Assembly (NCBI GenBank): GCA_964016885.1
Contig: OZ024740.1
Span: forward strand, 197,346,001-197,410,000
Source of the DNA: Eledone cirrhosa
Lineage: Eukaryota
Length of the DNA: 64,000 nucleotides
Direction: 5' to 3'
Position numbers and translations under genes: made by a program. The notes under the pieces were generated by a model that saw nothing but the letters and a program-made list of their open reading frames with translations, was not told the origin of the DNA and did not search any database. Below are positions 11,490-22,492 of this stretch, piece by piece; position 1 is the first letter of the stretch; each line of letters begins with the position of its first letter.

Positions 11490-12540
11490 GGGTAGTATTA
11501 TATTATGGCACCAGTTTAATCACTCAATGGGATGTTCCACTTGCTGGTAGAGAAATTGTCATTGCTTGTTTCATCCCAGATGAGTACCTTACCACTGCAG
11601 AACAGGAAGAACTGGCATTTTGCTGTCTCCTTGGTTCAGCTCTACCGACAGAGTCCAAGCTAGCAGTGTGATGTGGGAGTCCAAGCCATGATGTTGTTGA
11701 GAGCATTGTGATGTGGGAGGCGGCCAGCAATGTAATAGCATGAGAGTGTGTGGGATATGAAAAGAGGTCACAATGAAGCCATAACAACATTTGTGTGGCT
11801 TGCAGATTTAGAGGCCAAGCCTCAGGGAAACAGGGATATGTAAACAGATGCTATCCAACTGAGTGTCAGTTGACGAGGTGACAGTGTTAGGCCAGGCACC
11901 ACCATGGGGCGGTGAGGCCGAGTGAAAACAAGCCATTGGATGGCATTCCATTTACTTTGAGGGGACTGGATGTCTACAGAGAAGAGGGAGAGTGAGATGT
12001 TTGCTGAGTGGAGGCCAACCTGGTTCCATGTCTCGCAGGCCTGCTTGCATTCTCTGCTCATTGTAGGTTCTGTTGTGTTATGGAGAATCTTGTTGAAGAA
12101 GACATAACAAGAGGTTGCCGAATAAAGAAATGCCACCAAAGCCAGTGAGACTGGAGAAACAGAATCCAAAGCCACCATATCTGATGGGTAGGGTGGCTTG
12201 TTGCCATCCAGTATCAGCAAATCGAATGTTACATATTTCCTTAGCAGCTCTTCAGATACAGTTATCGAGAGGCACTGCAGAGGGTATATAGAATTTTGGG
12301 CATGGTGAAACAGTTCCTCCACAGGAAGAGAACCTGATTGATGCCTTGGGTTCCTTTTCCTGCCTTGCAGCCCTAGATATCAAGAGTGTTGGTTGGCGCT
12401 GAATGAGTTCATGCAGCAGGAGTAATGTTGCTTGGTGCCTTACCACCTCTATGCTCCTACTGCTGCCACTCATGGGCTTTAACTTTTGGCCTTTCTTCAA
12501 AGGTGACGAGTCTTTCAGCAGAAGTAGTGTTGGTTCTGCC
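11490..12540 (-). mobile_element. Old CRE-like non-LTR retrotransposon fragment
   Basis: Minus strand gives MPKILYTLCSA and RAAKEICNIRFADTGWQQATLPIRYGGFG, homologous to the larger copy near 38000-38190. Confidence 0.7.
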
Positions 12541-13081
12541 TCCCCATCTCCACTTATGTAATAGTGCTGCTACTATAAAATGTATCCAGTACACACTGTA
12601 ATGTAGTTAGCATTGAGGTGGGCATCTAGCCATAGAAATCATGCCAAAATGGAACAAATGAGCAAGACAAGATCATCTGACACATTTACTCTTAGAATGT
12701 GAAAATCTGTACAACCCATGTCAACATGGAAAAAAAAGACATAAAATGGTAATAATAGTGATAATAAATTTGAAAGACAGTTTTTATTAAAAATAGAGTA
12801 GTAAGTAATCTCACCAATGTAGATATAGTTGAGGTTACATAAAATATAATGCTGGGAGAATATAAAAATGTTATATCATTTTTCCTGTGTTAATATATTT
12901 AAGGTTATAGATATTTTTTCACAAAAAACAAATTTTGACATCAGTAAACTTACTCTCTTGTATTAATACACACATGTAGTTAAGTGACAAAATAAGTTAC
13001 CAGTGGTTCTCTCGTATATACCAATGTATTTCTCCTATATTTATAAGTAGTTAAATGATCTGTTTTAAATAATGATTTATG

Positions 13082-13954
13082 TCAGCAAACAGTGATACAG
13101 CTCCTCTTCATGATATGATTTTTTTCATGTATAGTTAAACCACTTCTTTTAGTGTATGATTTACCGCATATATCACAATGATATGGTTTCTCTCTTGTAT
13201 GAACGAGTTTGTGTTTAGTTAGGTCACTATTTTGAGAGAATGTTTTACCACAAATATCACAGTTATGTGGTTTCTCTCCTGTGTGAATATATTTGTGAAT
13301 AGTTAAATGACTTGTTTGAGAGAATGATCTATCACATATATCACACTGATAAGGCTTCTCTCCTGTATGACTATACTTGTGTGTAGTTAAGTGACATGTT
13401 TGAGAGAAAGCTATACCACAGATATCACAGCGATAGGGCTTCTCTCCTGTATGGATGCGGTAATGTCTAGTTAGGTTATTTTTCTTAGAGAATGATTTAC
13501 CACAGATATCACATCGATAGGGCTTCTCTCCTGTATGGATGCGGTAATGTCCAGTTAGGTTATTTTTCTTAGGGAAAGCTATACCACAGATATCACAGCG
13601 ATAGGGTTTCTCACCTGTATGGATGCGATGATGCTTTGTTAGGTGACTTTTATCAGAAAATGATTTACCACAGATATCGCAGTGATATGGTTTTTCTCCC
13701 GTATGAATATATTTGTGAGTAGTCAAGCTACTTCTTCTAGCGAATGATTTACCACAGATATCACAGTGATGTGACTTCTCCCCTACATGAATGTGTTTGT
13801 GAGTAATTAAGAGATTATTTTGAGTGAATGATTTACCACAGATATCACAGTGATGTGAAGTTTTTACTTTCTTTTCCATTATCTCACCAGGAAAATCAAT
13901 CCTTTTGGATTGTGTTGTACATTTAACCGGGTTCTCACATAATTCATTTTCCAT
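13082..13954 (-). CDS. C2H2 zinc finger protein, 9 tandem fingers (ZNF-1)
   Basis: Intact 290-aa ORF; CxxC-x12-HxxxH repeats with TGEKP linkers; short N-terminal leader with no recognisable effector domain. Confidence 0.93.
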   Translation of the reverse strand: MENELCENPVKCTTQSKRIDFPGEIMEKKVKTSHHCDICGKSFTQNNLLITHKHIHVGEKSHHCDICGKSFARRSSLTTHKYIHTGEKPYHCDICGKSFSDKSHLTKHHRIHTGEKPYRCDICGIAFPKKNNLTGHYRIHTGEKPYRCDICGKSFSKKNNLTRHYRIHTGEKPYRCDICGIAFSQTCHLTTHKYSHTGEKPYQCDICDRSFSQTSHLTIHKYIHTGEKPHNCDICGKTFSQNSDLTKHKLVHTREKPYHCDICGKSYTKRSGLTIHEKNHIMKRSCITVC

Positions 13955-14444
13955 AATTTTTCTTCTTTCATCAAAATATATTTCTCTTTTTCATATATTT
14001 TATTCCCAATAAATATTTCTACTGTGATCTTTGTTGATATCTGAGGCAGGTTGTTATCTCCTTTGCAAATTTTTCTAAGTTTAATTAGAATGTAAAATCA
14101 TCTTGTACATATTCCATATAATAAACAAAAATGTTGCTATTAATCTCAGTTCAGAAGAAATGTTTCAAAATAATTTTACCATATATTATATCTGTTGCAT
14201 ATAAAATCTTTTAGTCTTTCAAAATAATAAACAATGATGTATCTCAGGTAAAAAACAATTTTGTTGTGTCAACATCATCTGATATCCTGAAATAATAGAG
14301 AAATAGTAAAAATAAAAAGTTAACTGAAAGTTTGGCTTCATTTCTATATTGATAGATTGTAGATATAACATTTAATATGAACATTTGAAGTTTAACTTTC
14401 AATTTATCAAAATAACATACAACCTTGTGTGAAGTAAGCTACAC

Positions 14445-17400
14445 CTTCAGATTGTGAAACTTTATATATATGTTAAACTACAGCTCTATCTTCAGAATGG
14501 GTAACATTATATGTCAAATTACAGCTATACCTTCAAATTATGTAATATATGTGAAACTACAGCTACACCTTCAGATTATGTAATATATGTTAAGCTACAC
14601 CTAACCTTCAGATTGTGTAATATGTTAAACTACAGCTACACCTTCAGATTGTGTAATATATGTTAAACTACAGCTCTATCTTCAGAATAAGTAACATTTT
14701 ATATGTCAAACTTTGAACATGAACATTTAAATTTTAACTTCATTGTGTAACATTATATATATGTTAAACTACAGTTACACCTTCAGATTGTGTAATATAA
14801 GTGAAACTACAGCTACACCTTTAGATTGTGTAATATAAGTGAAACTGCAGCTCTATCTTCAGAATAGGTAACATTATATATGTCAAATTAGAGGGCGGTG
14901 AATTGGCAGTATCGGTAGAGGGTCGGACGCCATGCTTTCCAGCATAGTTACATCCCTTTACGGTCTGAGTTCAAATCCTGTTGAGGTTAACTTTGCCTTT
15001 CATCCTTACGGGGTTGATAAAATAAAGTACCAGCAACGTACTGGGTAATTGCTAGCCCTGTGCCAAAAAGTAGAAAATTATATATGTCAAATTACAGCTA
15101 TACCTTCAGATTGTGTAATATATGTTAAGCTACATTACATCTTCAGATTGTGTAATATAAGTGAAACTACAGCTGTACCTTCAGATTGTGTAATATAAGT
15201 GAAACTACAGCTACACCTTCAGATTGTGTAATATATGTAAAACTACAGCTACATCTTTAGATTGTGTAATATAAGTGAAACTACAGCTGTACCTTCAGAT
15301 TGTGTAATATAAGTGAAACTACAGCTATACCTTCAGATTGTGTAATATATGTTAAGCTACACCTAACCTTCAGATTGTGTAATATATGTTAAGCTACAGC
15401 TACACCTTCAGATTGTGTAATATATGTGAAACTACAGCTACATCTTCAGATTGTGTAATATATGTAAAACTACAGCTACATCTTCAGATTGTGTAATATA
15501 AGTGAAACTACAGCTGTACCTTCAGATTGTGTAATATAAGTGAAACTACAGCTATACCTTCAGATTGTGTAATATATGTTAAGCTACACCTAACCTTCAG
15601 ATTGTGTAATATATGTTAAGCTACAGCTACACCTTCAGATTGTGTAATATATGTGAAACTACAGCTACATCTTCAGATTGTGTAATATATCTTAAGCTAC
15701 ATCTTCAGATTATGTAATATAAGTGAAACTACAGCTACATCTTCAGATTGTGTAATATATGTTAAGCTACATTTCACCTTCAGATTGTGTAATATATGTT
15801 GAACTACAGCTACATTTTCAGATTATGTAATATATGTTAAGCTACATTACATCTTCAGATTGTGTAATATATGTGAAACTACAGCTGTACCTTCAGATTG
15901 TGTAATATATGTTAAGCTACAGCTATACCTTCAGATTGTGTAATATATGTTAAGCTACATTACACCTTCAGATTGTGTAATATATGTTGAACTACAGCTA
16001 CATCTTCAGATTGTGTAATATGTTAAGCTGCATTACATCTTCAGATTGTGTAATATATGTGAAACTACAGCTACATCTTCAGATTGTGTAATATATGTGA
16101 AACTACAGCTGTACCTTCAAATTATGTAATATATGTTAAGCTACAGCTACACCTTCAGATTATGTAATATAAGTGAAACTACAGCTACATCTTCAGATTG
16201 TGTAATATATGTGAAACTACAGCTGTACCTTCAGATTGTGTAATATATGTTAAGCTACACCTTCAGATTATGTAATATAAGTGAAACTACAGCTACATCT
16301 TCAGATTGTGTAATATATGTGAAACTACAGCTGTACCGTCAGATTGTGTAATATATGTGAAACTACAGCTATACCTTCAGATTGTGTAATATATGTTAAG
16401 CTACATTATACCTTCAGATTGTGTAATATATGTTAAGCTACAGCTATACCTTCAGATTGTGTAATATATGTTAAGCTACAGCTATACCTTCAGATTGTGT
16501 AATATATGTTAAGCTACAGCTGTACCTTCAGATTGTGTAATATATGTTAAGCTACAGCTATACCTTCAGATTGTGTAATATATGTTGAACTACATTACAC
16601 CTTCAGATTGTGTAATATATGTTAAGCTACAGCTATACCTTCAGATTGTGTAATATATGTTGAACTACAGCTACATCTTCAGATTGTGTAATATATGTTA
16701 AGCTTCAGATTGTGTAATATATGTGAAACTACAGCTACGTCTTCAGATTGTGTAATATATGTTAAGCTACACCTTCAGATTGTGTAATATGTTAAGTTAC
16801 AGCTATACCTTCAGATTGTGTAATATATGTTGAACTACAGCTACATCTTCAGATTGTGTAATATATGTTAAGCTACACCTTCAGATTGTGTAATATATGT
16901 TAAGCTACAGCTATACCTTCAGATTGTGTAATATATGTTAAGCTACAGCTATACCTTCAGATTGTGTAATATATGTTAAGCTACAGCTATACCTTCAGAT
17001 TGTGTAATATATGTTGAACTACATTACACCTTCAGATTGTGTAATATATGTTGAACTACAGCTATACCTTCAGATTGTGTAATATATGTTAAGCTACAGC
17101 TACATCTTCAGATTGTGTAATATATGTGAAACTACAGCTATACCTTCAGATTGTGTAATATATGTGAAACTACAGCTACACCTTCAGATTGTGTAATATA
17201 TGTGAAACGACAGCTATACCTTCAGATTGTGTAATATATGTTAAGCTACATTACATCTTCAGATTGTGTAATATATGTGAAACTACAGCTACGTCTTCAG
17301 ATTGTGTAATATATGTGAAACTACAGCTACATCTTCAGATTGTGTAATATATGTTAAGCTACATTACATCTTCAGATTGTGTAATATATGTGAAACTACA

Positions 17401-17490
17401 GCTACGTCTTCAGATTGTGTAATATATGTGAAACAACTACACTTCAGATTGTGTAACATTAAATATATGTTAAACTACAACTATACCTTT
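14445..17490. repeat. 38-bp minisatellite array, roughly 70 units
   Basis: Consensus CTTCAGATTGTGTAATATATGTGAAACTACAGCTACAC with a few recurring variants. Confidence 0.95.
14891..15076 (+). mobile_element. tRNA-derived SINE (family B) inserted in the minisatellite
   Basis: GAGTTCAAATCC B box, GCCTTTCATCCTTACGGGGT core, 18-bp TSD ATTATATATGTCAAATTA (14873-14890 and 15077-15094). Confidence 0.88.
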
Positions 17491-17504
17491 AGTGGGAGCT
17501 GATG

Positions 17505-18230
17505 TCTGTAGGGGTGTGAGGTATCGATGTGGCAAACTCCTAGAATCCATGGTCTTTCTTGTTGCCTGAATGCCAGTCGCTTCGCGCATTACATGGAGCT
17601 AAACCTTATTCTCAAGAGAGCTTTAGCCTGGGCAAACATTCCCTCAATCTTGGAACCATTGTCCAGAGTTGATGGGAAATACCTGATGACCTTACCCTGT
17701 GTCCCTGGGCAAGAAGCAGGTGCCTTGTCTGGGATGTCACAGTTAGTGACTCTTATGCTTCTCCCCACATCCTGGATGCTGCGGTTAGGGCGAGAGCCAC
17801 AGCTAAATGGAACAAAATCCTAAAATACCGTGATCTGTCGGCCAACTATATCTTCCAGCTTGTGGCATTCGAGACGTTTGGGGTAGTGAGGCTACTGACT
17901 GCGAGATTCCTATCTGCACTGGCGGCTCGCCTAACAGAAGTAACTGGTGAAGCTCGTGAGGGCGCTTGGTCGTTCCAGTGCATCAGCCACGCCATCACCC
18001 GAGGTAATGCTGTGAGTGTGCCAGTTTGTCTAAAAAATCATTAGAGAGGCTTCCCAATGCTAATTGCGATACTGTTATCTTTTCCTCTGGTAGCGGCTCG
18101 GCTGTCCACCCTTTCACCTGCCTTTTGTAGTACTTGGTCTCAGATGTGTGTGCTTTTTCTATTTTTTCTGTTTTCCCTTTCCTTTATATTATATTTGTTT
18201 GTGCTTTTGTTCTGTAAACATTGGCTCTGT
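17505..18230 (+). mobile_element. CRE-like retrotransposon 3' fragment (restriction-like endonuclease and 3' UTR)
   Basis: HGLSCCLNASRFAHYMELNLILKRALAWANIPSILEP, LVWDVTV, VAFETFG, AITRGNA. Confidence 0.85.
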
Positions 18231-18539
18231 GCATTCTGAGTTCAAATTCCCCCTCCTGCCAGAGTTGTGAATGACAGTGTCAGTATTGAACACGAGTTCC
18301 TTTGATCTAATCTATTGTTTAACATTGTAAATTAAAATTGTATTCACTGTTGTATGAAAAGAAATATAATTATTTCTACTTTTGGCACAAGGCCAGCAAT
18401 TACCTTAGTACATTACTGGTACTTTATTTTATCGACCCCGTAAGGATGAAAGGCAAAGTTTATCTCGAGTTCAAATCCTGCCGAGGTTAACTTTGCCTTT
18501 CATCCTTACGGGGTTGATAAAATAAAGTACCAGTAATGT

Positions 18540-19590
18540 ACAATACTTACAGAACGAAAGCAGGGCGATACTTGGTTTTAGTGTCCTAAATTATCATCAT
18601 CGACATTCAATTATTAGCTCCACCCACTACATTAAACGTCACGACACGTCATCAGCTGCTGCTGCTGCTTTATTTTTACATATTCATTATCTTACATGCT
18701 TCATTTTTACACGGAAAAACATTGAATTTTTAGAATAAATATTTATTTGTTTCTACTTTAGGCACAAGGCCAGCAATTACCCAGTTCATTAGAATAAATA
18801 TTTATTAAAATATTAACAGAGAAAATTAGATTTTTGATTTATTTTTTGAACAAAATAAATATTTATTTACAGTTTTTCACAGAAAAACTATGCTTCATTT
18901 TTACATGAATATTTATTTACAGTTTTTAAGTTTTTAACAGAAACACTATGCTTCATTTTTACATGAATATTTATTTACAGTTTTTAACAGAAAAAAATAT
19001 TGCTGCGAAATACATTTAAAAAAAAACAGATTTACAGTTTTTAACAAAAAAAAAAAAATTTCTTTAAACAATATTGGTGCGATATACAGTATTTTTTTAA
19101 AAACAGATTTACAGTTTTTAACAAAATAAAATTCTTTAAAAAATATATTGTTGCGATACACAGTTTAACATTTACTTTTAGCTGATGACGTGTCGTGTAG
19201 TGGGTGGAGCTAATAATTGAATGTCGATGATGATAATTTAGGACACTAAAATCAAGTATCGCCCGAAAGCAGAAACAAATATATTAAATAAAGTATAACA
19301 AAAAAGGAAAGGGAGAACAAGAAAAAGAAAGAAAGAAAACAACACAGAAGCGGTTAGCACACACATCTGGGACCACATACAACAAAAGGCAAGCGAAAGG
19401 GGTGGACAACCGAGCCGCTACCAGAGTAAAAGACAACAATGTCGGGAAGTGCACTGCTCTAATAATTTTTGGGGCAAGCCAACACGCTCGCGGCGTTTCC
19501 TTGGGTGATGCGCTGGAACAACCAAGCCCCCCCACGAGCTTCACCAGTTACCTGTTAGTCAGTAGCCTGACTACCATAAACGTCTCGAAC
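18540..19590 (-). mobile_element. CRE-like 3' fragment interrupted by a MITE
   Basis: Reverse complement matches the 3' end and T-rich UTR of 17860-18230 and 62690-63065. Confidence 0.75.
18564..19263. mobile_element. MITE with long TIRs and 9-bp TSD (Mutator- or Merlin-type)
   Basis: ~85-bp TIRs GGCGATACTTG...CAAGTATCGCC; TSD CGAAAGCAG at 18555-18563 and 19264-19272; AT-rich subrepeats inside. Confidence 0.88.
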
Positions 19591-19810
19591 GATTTGTTTT
19601 ATGCGTTTATATTTGTTTAACAACGATATATTTGCGAGCAATTTGAAATGTCATTTATGTATATATATACAAATATATATTAGATTATTTACTTTAAGAA
19701 ATGTTTTTTTTTAAATTTTTATTATAATTACTATATACTGCGAGAGAGGAACACAATTCTATTACGTGAACACATTATTACAGACTTAAAAGAAATGTTT
19801 GTCAACTTAC

Positions 19811-20568
19811 GCTCTTCGGAAGTAAACAGTGCATCATTGTGTTTTTATGAAACTACCAAAGAATTAATCTCGTTGTTTTTAACTGTTTTAAATCAACTTT
19901 AATCTACAACATAAACTGTAGATTCTTCTTCCAGTAGTGAAGCTGACTTTATATCATTAGCCGCAGTTTCAATTCGAAATATAGTGTGTGTGTAATATTT
20001 TGGATTGGCTGTTTCGGGAGAGCGTCGGTCACTATAGCACAGGGTTACGTCCCTTTGCGTTTTGAGTTCAACTTTGCCTTTCATCCTTAAATGGGTCGAT
20101 CAAGTCAAGTACCAGTAATCCACAGGATTCGATGTAATCGACTTTCCCCTCCCCCCAAATGATTGGCTTTGTTTCTAAATCAGAAATCAATGTATATTTT
20201 GAGGAGAACTTCAATAATGCTTTTATTCAACAGCTAAAATAATACAAGGCAACATTTAGGACAACTGCTTATAATAAAACTAATCAACTAAATTAAATTG
20301 TTCCATCATAAACAATATTGTTTACTGAAAGATCGTATGTCTAACCGAGTAATGGGGAAGTTGTAGGCTTAAAGCCGTATGTGGTTTCCAGAAAGACTAA
20401 GTGCGGCCTTCTGAAAGAAGCCCAGTAGTCGAAGACTTCATATAGGAGTATATATTTTGCTGATTATATTCTATTGTCTATATTTTCAACATATGACTTG
20501 CACAAATATTACCACTTATATTTCTTTATTTATATTTGTAATTTTATTTTGTAAAATACCTGAGGTTT
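19811..20568 (-). promoter_or_regulatory. Putative non-coding exon 1 and promoter module of ZNF-1
   Basis: Block conserved upstream of every ZNF paralog and ending in the GTAAGT donor; interrupted here by a SINE-B relic at ~20010-20190. Confidence 0.65.
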
Positions 20569-20689
20569 CGTGAATCTGTTGTAAGATGTCTGTCTTGAAG
20601 ATATTTTCCTCCCTACCAGTTCCAGAGACCTTGAAATGGTTCATGGGCAATGCTTTTCCTTTTCTGACTGAAAAGAAAAAAAAAATTGT

Positions 20690-21518
20690 AAGAGAAGTAA
20701 ATTTGATCGTCATGTTGTTAGTTGATTGTGTTGTGGTGTTGATTCATTTGTTGCGTGTGTGCTCACTTGTAGATTGCTGTGTGGTCAGTGTTGTGTGATA
20801 TAGTGTGACCAGAGGTTGCATGTGTGCAAGTAAGTGTTCAATAAGATGATGATATGATAGTTCCTTGATCACGCAGAAAATGTATATATGTAAATGAACC
20901 ACAATGACACCAAACTGCTATATTATTAATTTATTGAAAATAGTTCACACCGAAACGATACGAAAACTGCACAAGAATTATGGACGTTATTTGTTTGTAC
21001 TTTGATGCATTGAGTTACGGCCCTTGCCATTCTGAGTTCAAATCCCGCCGAGGTTAACTTTGCCTTTCATCCTTACGGGGTCGATAAAATAAAGTACCAG
21101 TAATACACTGGTTATTTGCTGGCCTTGTGCCAAAAGTAGAAACAGTTATTTGTTTGTAAAAGTAGAATTAAATAGTATTTACCAAGAAAACTTCATGAAC
21201 TTCACTGGCTTGGTTGAGAGAGAGACTAAGAGGTAGAGAGAGAGAGTTAGAGAAGGTAAGAGTCTGTAAGACCCCAAAGGGTTTGTAGAAAGCAAATGTT
21301 TACATGTTTACTCTATCTAGAATTGTTCCAAATTGCCTGGCCTGATCTAAGGCAGGCTATTTATCTATGTAGATTCCTCTGTCTCCGAGACTTGAGAACA
21401 AAGGGCTGACCTTTCCAGGTCGTCCAATTTTAGACTTGTTGATGCCCGAAATGAGATAACATAGAAAATGACCGTTAAATGTCATCCAGGGATTAAGGTG
21501 TGGACAAATTTCGCTACA
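20690..21518 (-). mobile_element. Solo-LTR-like repeat containing a SINE-B insertion (~21000-21144)
   Basis: Terminus CGCTACA (TGTAGCG on the minus strand), minus-strand AATAAA, partial second copy at 7074-7484. The SINE is flanked by TSD GTTATTTGTTTGTA and is absent from the other copy. Left boundary uncertain. Confidence 0.55.
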
Positions 21519-22189
21519 TTTTACTATTCTAAACAGGGAATTGCTAAGCAGTTGTTTAACCTGCTAAAAATAGCAATCACATTTCCCCCAAATCATACCC
21601 CTACTATCTTAAGATAAAGGACACATTAAATAATACCTTAGATACACTATAGCTGAAGAAAAAAAGACAATTGTGATTGGAAAACATGAATCCTCAATGT
21701 GGTTGGTATCAGAGTTGACCTGGTATTAAAAGACTATAATTGTTCGAAATTACATTACAATTTAGCCATTGCTAATTTGTGCTAGTTAGTATTCAGGGAA
21801 AAATAATAGTTTCTGATTTAGGCTCAAGGCCAACAATTTTTGGGGGAGGGGAAAGAAGATTAAATCAACACCACTGCATTACTGGTGTTTTATTTTATTG
21901 ACACTGTAAGGATGAAAGACAAAGCCTTTCATTCTTTCATGGTCGATAAAATAAAGTACCAGTAATGCACTGGGGTAATGTAATGTTTGAGATGAAGGAG
22001 ATACAGGGGAGTAAACAGTATAATAGCAGACAGGCATAGAAGCATATACAGAAAGAGAACAGGAGGAGGAAGTATTCAATAATGAGTGAGAGAGAATGAG
22101 GGCGGTGTGAGAAGAGATCTTTAAATAGAGAGAGGTGTGCAGCAATGACTATCAAGTATGTTAAATATTTAGTAAATATATTCCACATG

Positions 22190-22492
22190 GCAATTTCACC
22201 AAGCTGGAGCCATGACAAAAGTGCCCAGCCCTCATTATAAAGTGGTCATGTATGTGTCAAGACAAAAGCGCCCAGTCCACACTGTGAAGTGGTCGTGTAG
22301 GAGTCACGACAAAAAGCACCCAGTCCACACTGTAAATGTGGTTAGCGTTAGGAAGGGCATCCAGTCGTAGAAACCAAGCCAAAATCAGTTCTGTGTGAGC
22401 AAAACAGTCGTCTGATCAGTTCTCTCCCAAAGGGACAGCCTGTTCTACCCATGCTAGCATGGAAAATGGATGTTAAATGATGATGATGATGA
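22190..22492 (+). mobile_element. RTE-type 3' end / SINE-A tail
   Basis: GTTAGGAAGGGCATCCAG..GTAGAAACC..CCCATGCTAGCATGGAAAATGGATGTTAAATGATGATG. Confidence 0.75.

Larger units (their letters stand above)
14287..19810 (-). other. Predicted 5'-UTR intron of ZNF-1
   Basis: Donor AGC|GTAAGT at 19810 and acceptor CTCTATTATTTCAG at 14287, both conserved in all four paralogs. Confidence 0.7.

Noticed and set aside
14445-17490. CRISPR-like array (constant part plus variable part)
   Set aside because: The variable halves are a few recurring variants of one sequence, not unique spacers. There are no cas genes and the context is eukaryotic.
20345-20370. ZNF143/SBS-like promoter motif (CTACAACTTCCCCAT on the minus strand)
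   Set aside because: Loose match, and the segment is retained in only two of the four paralogs.
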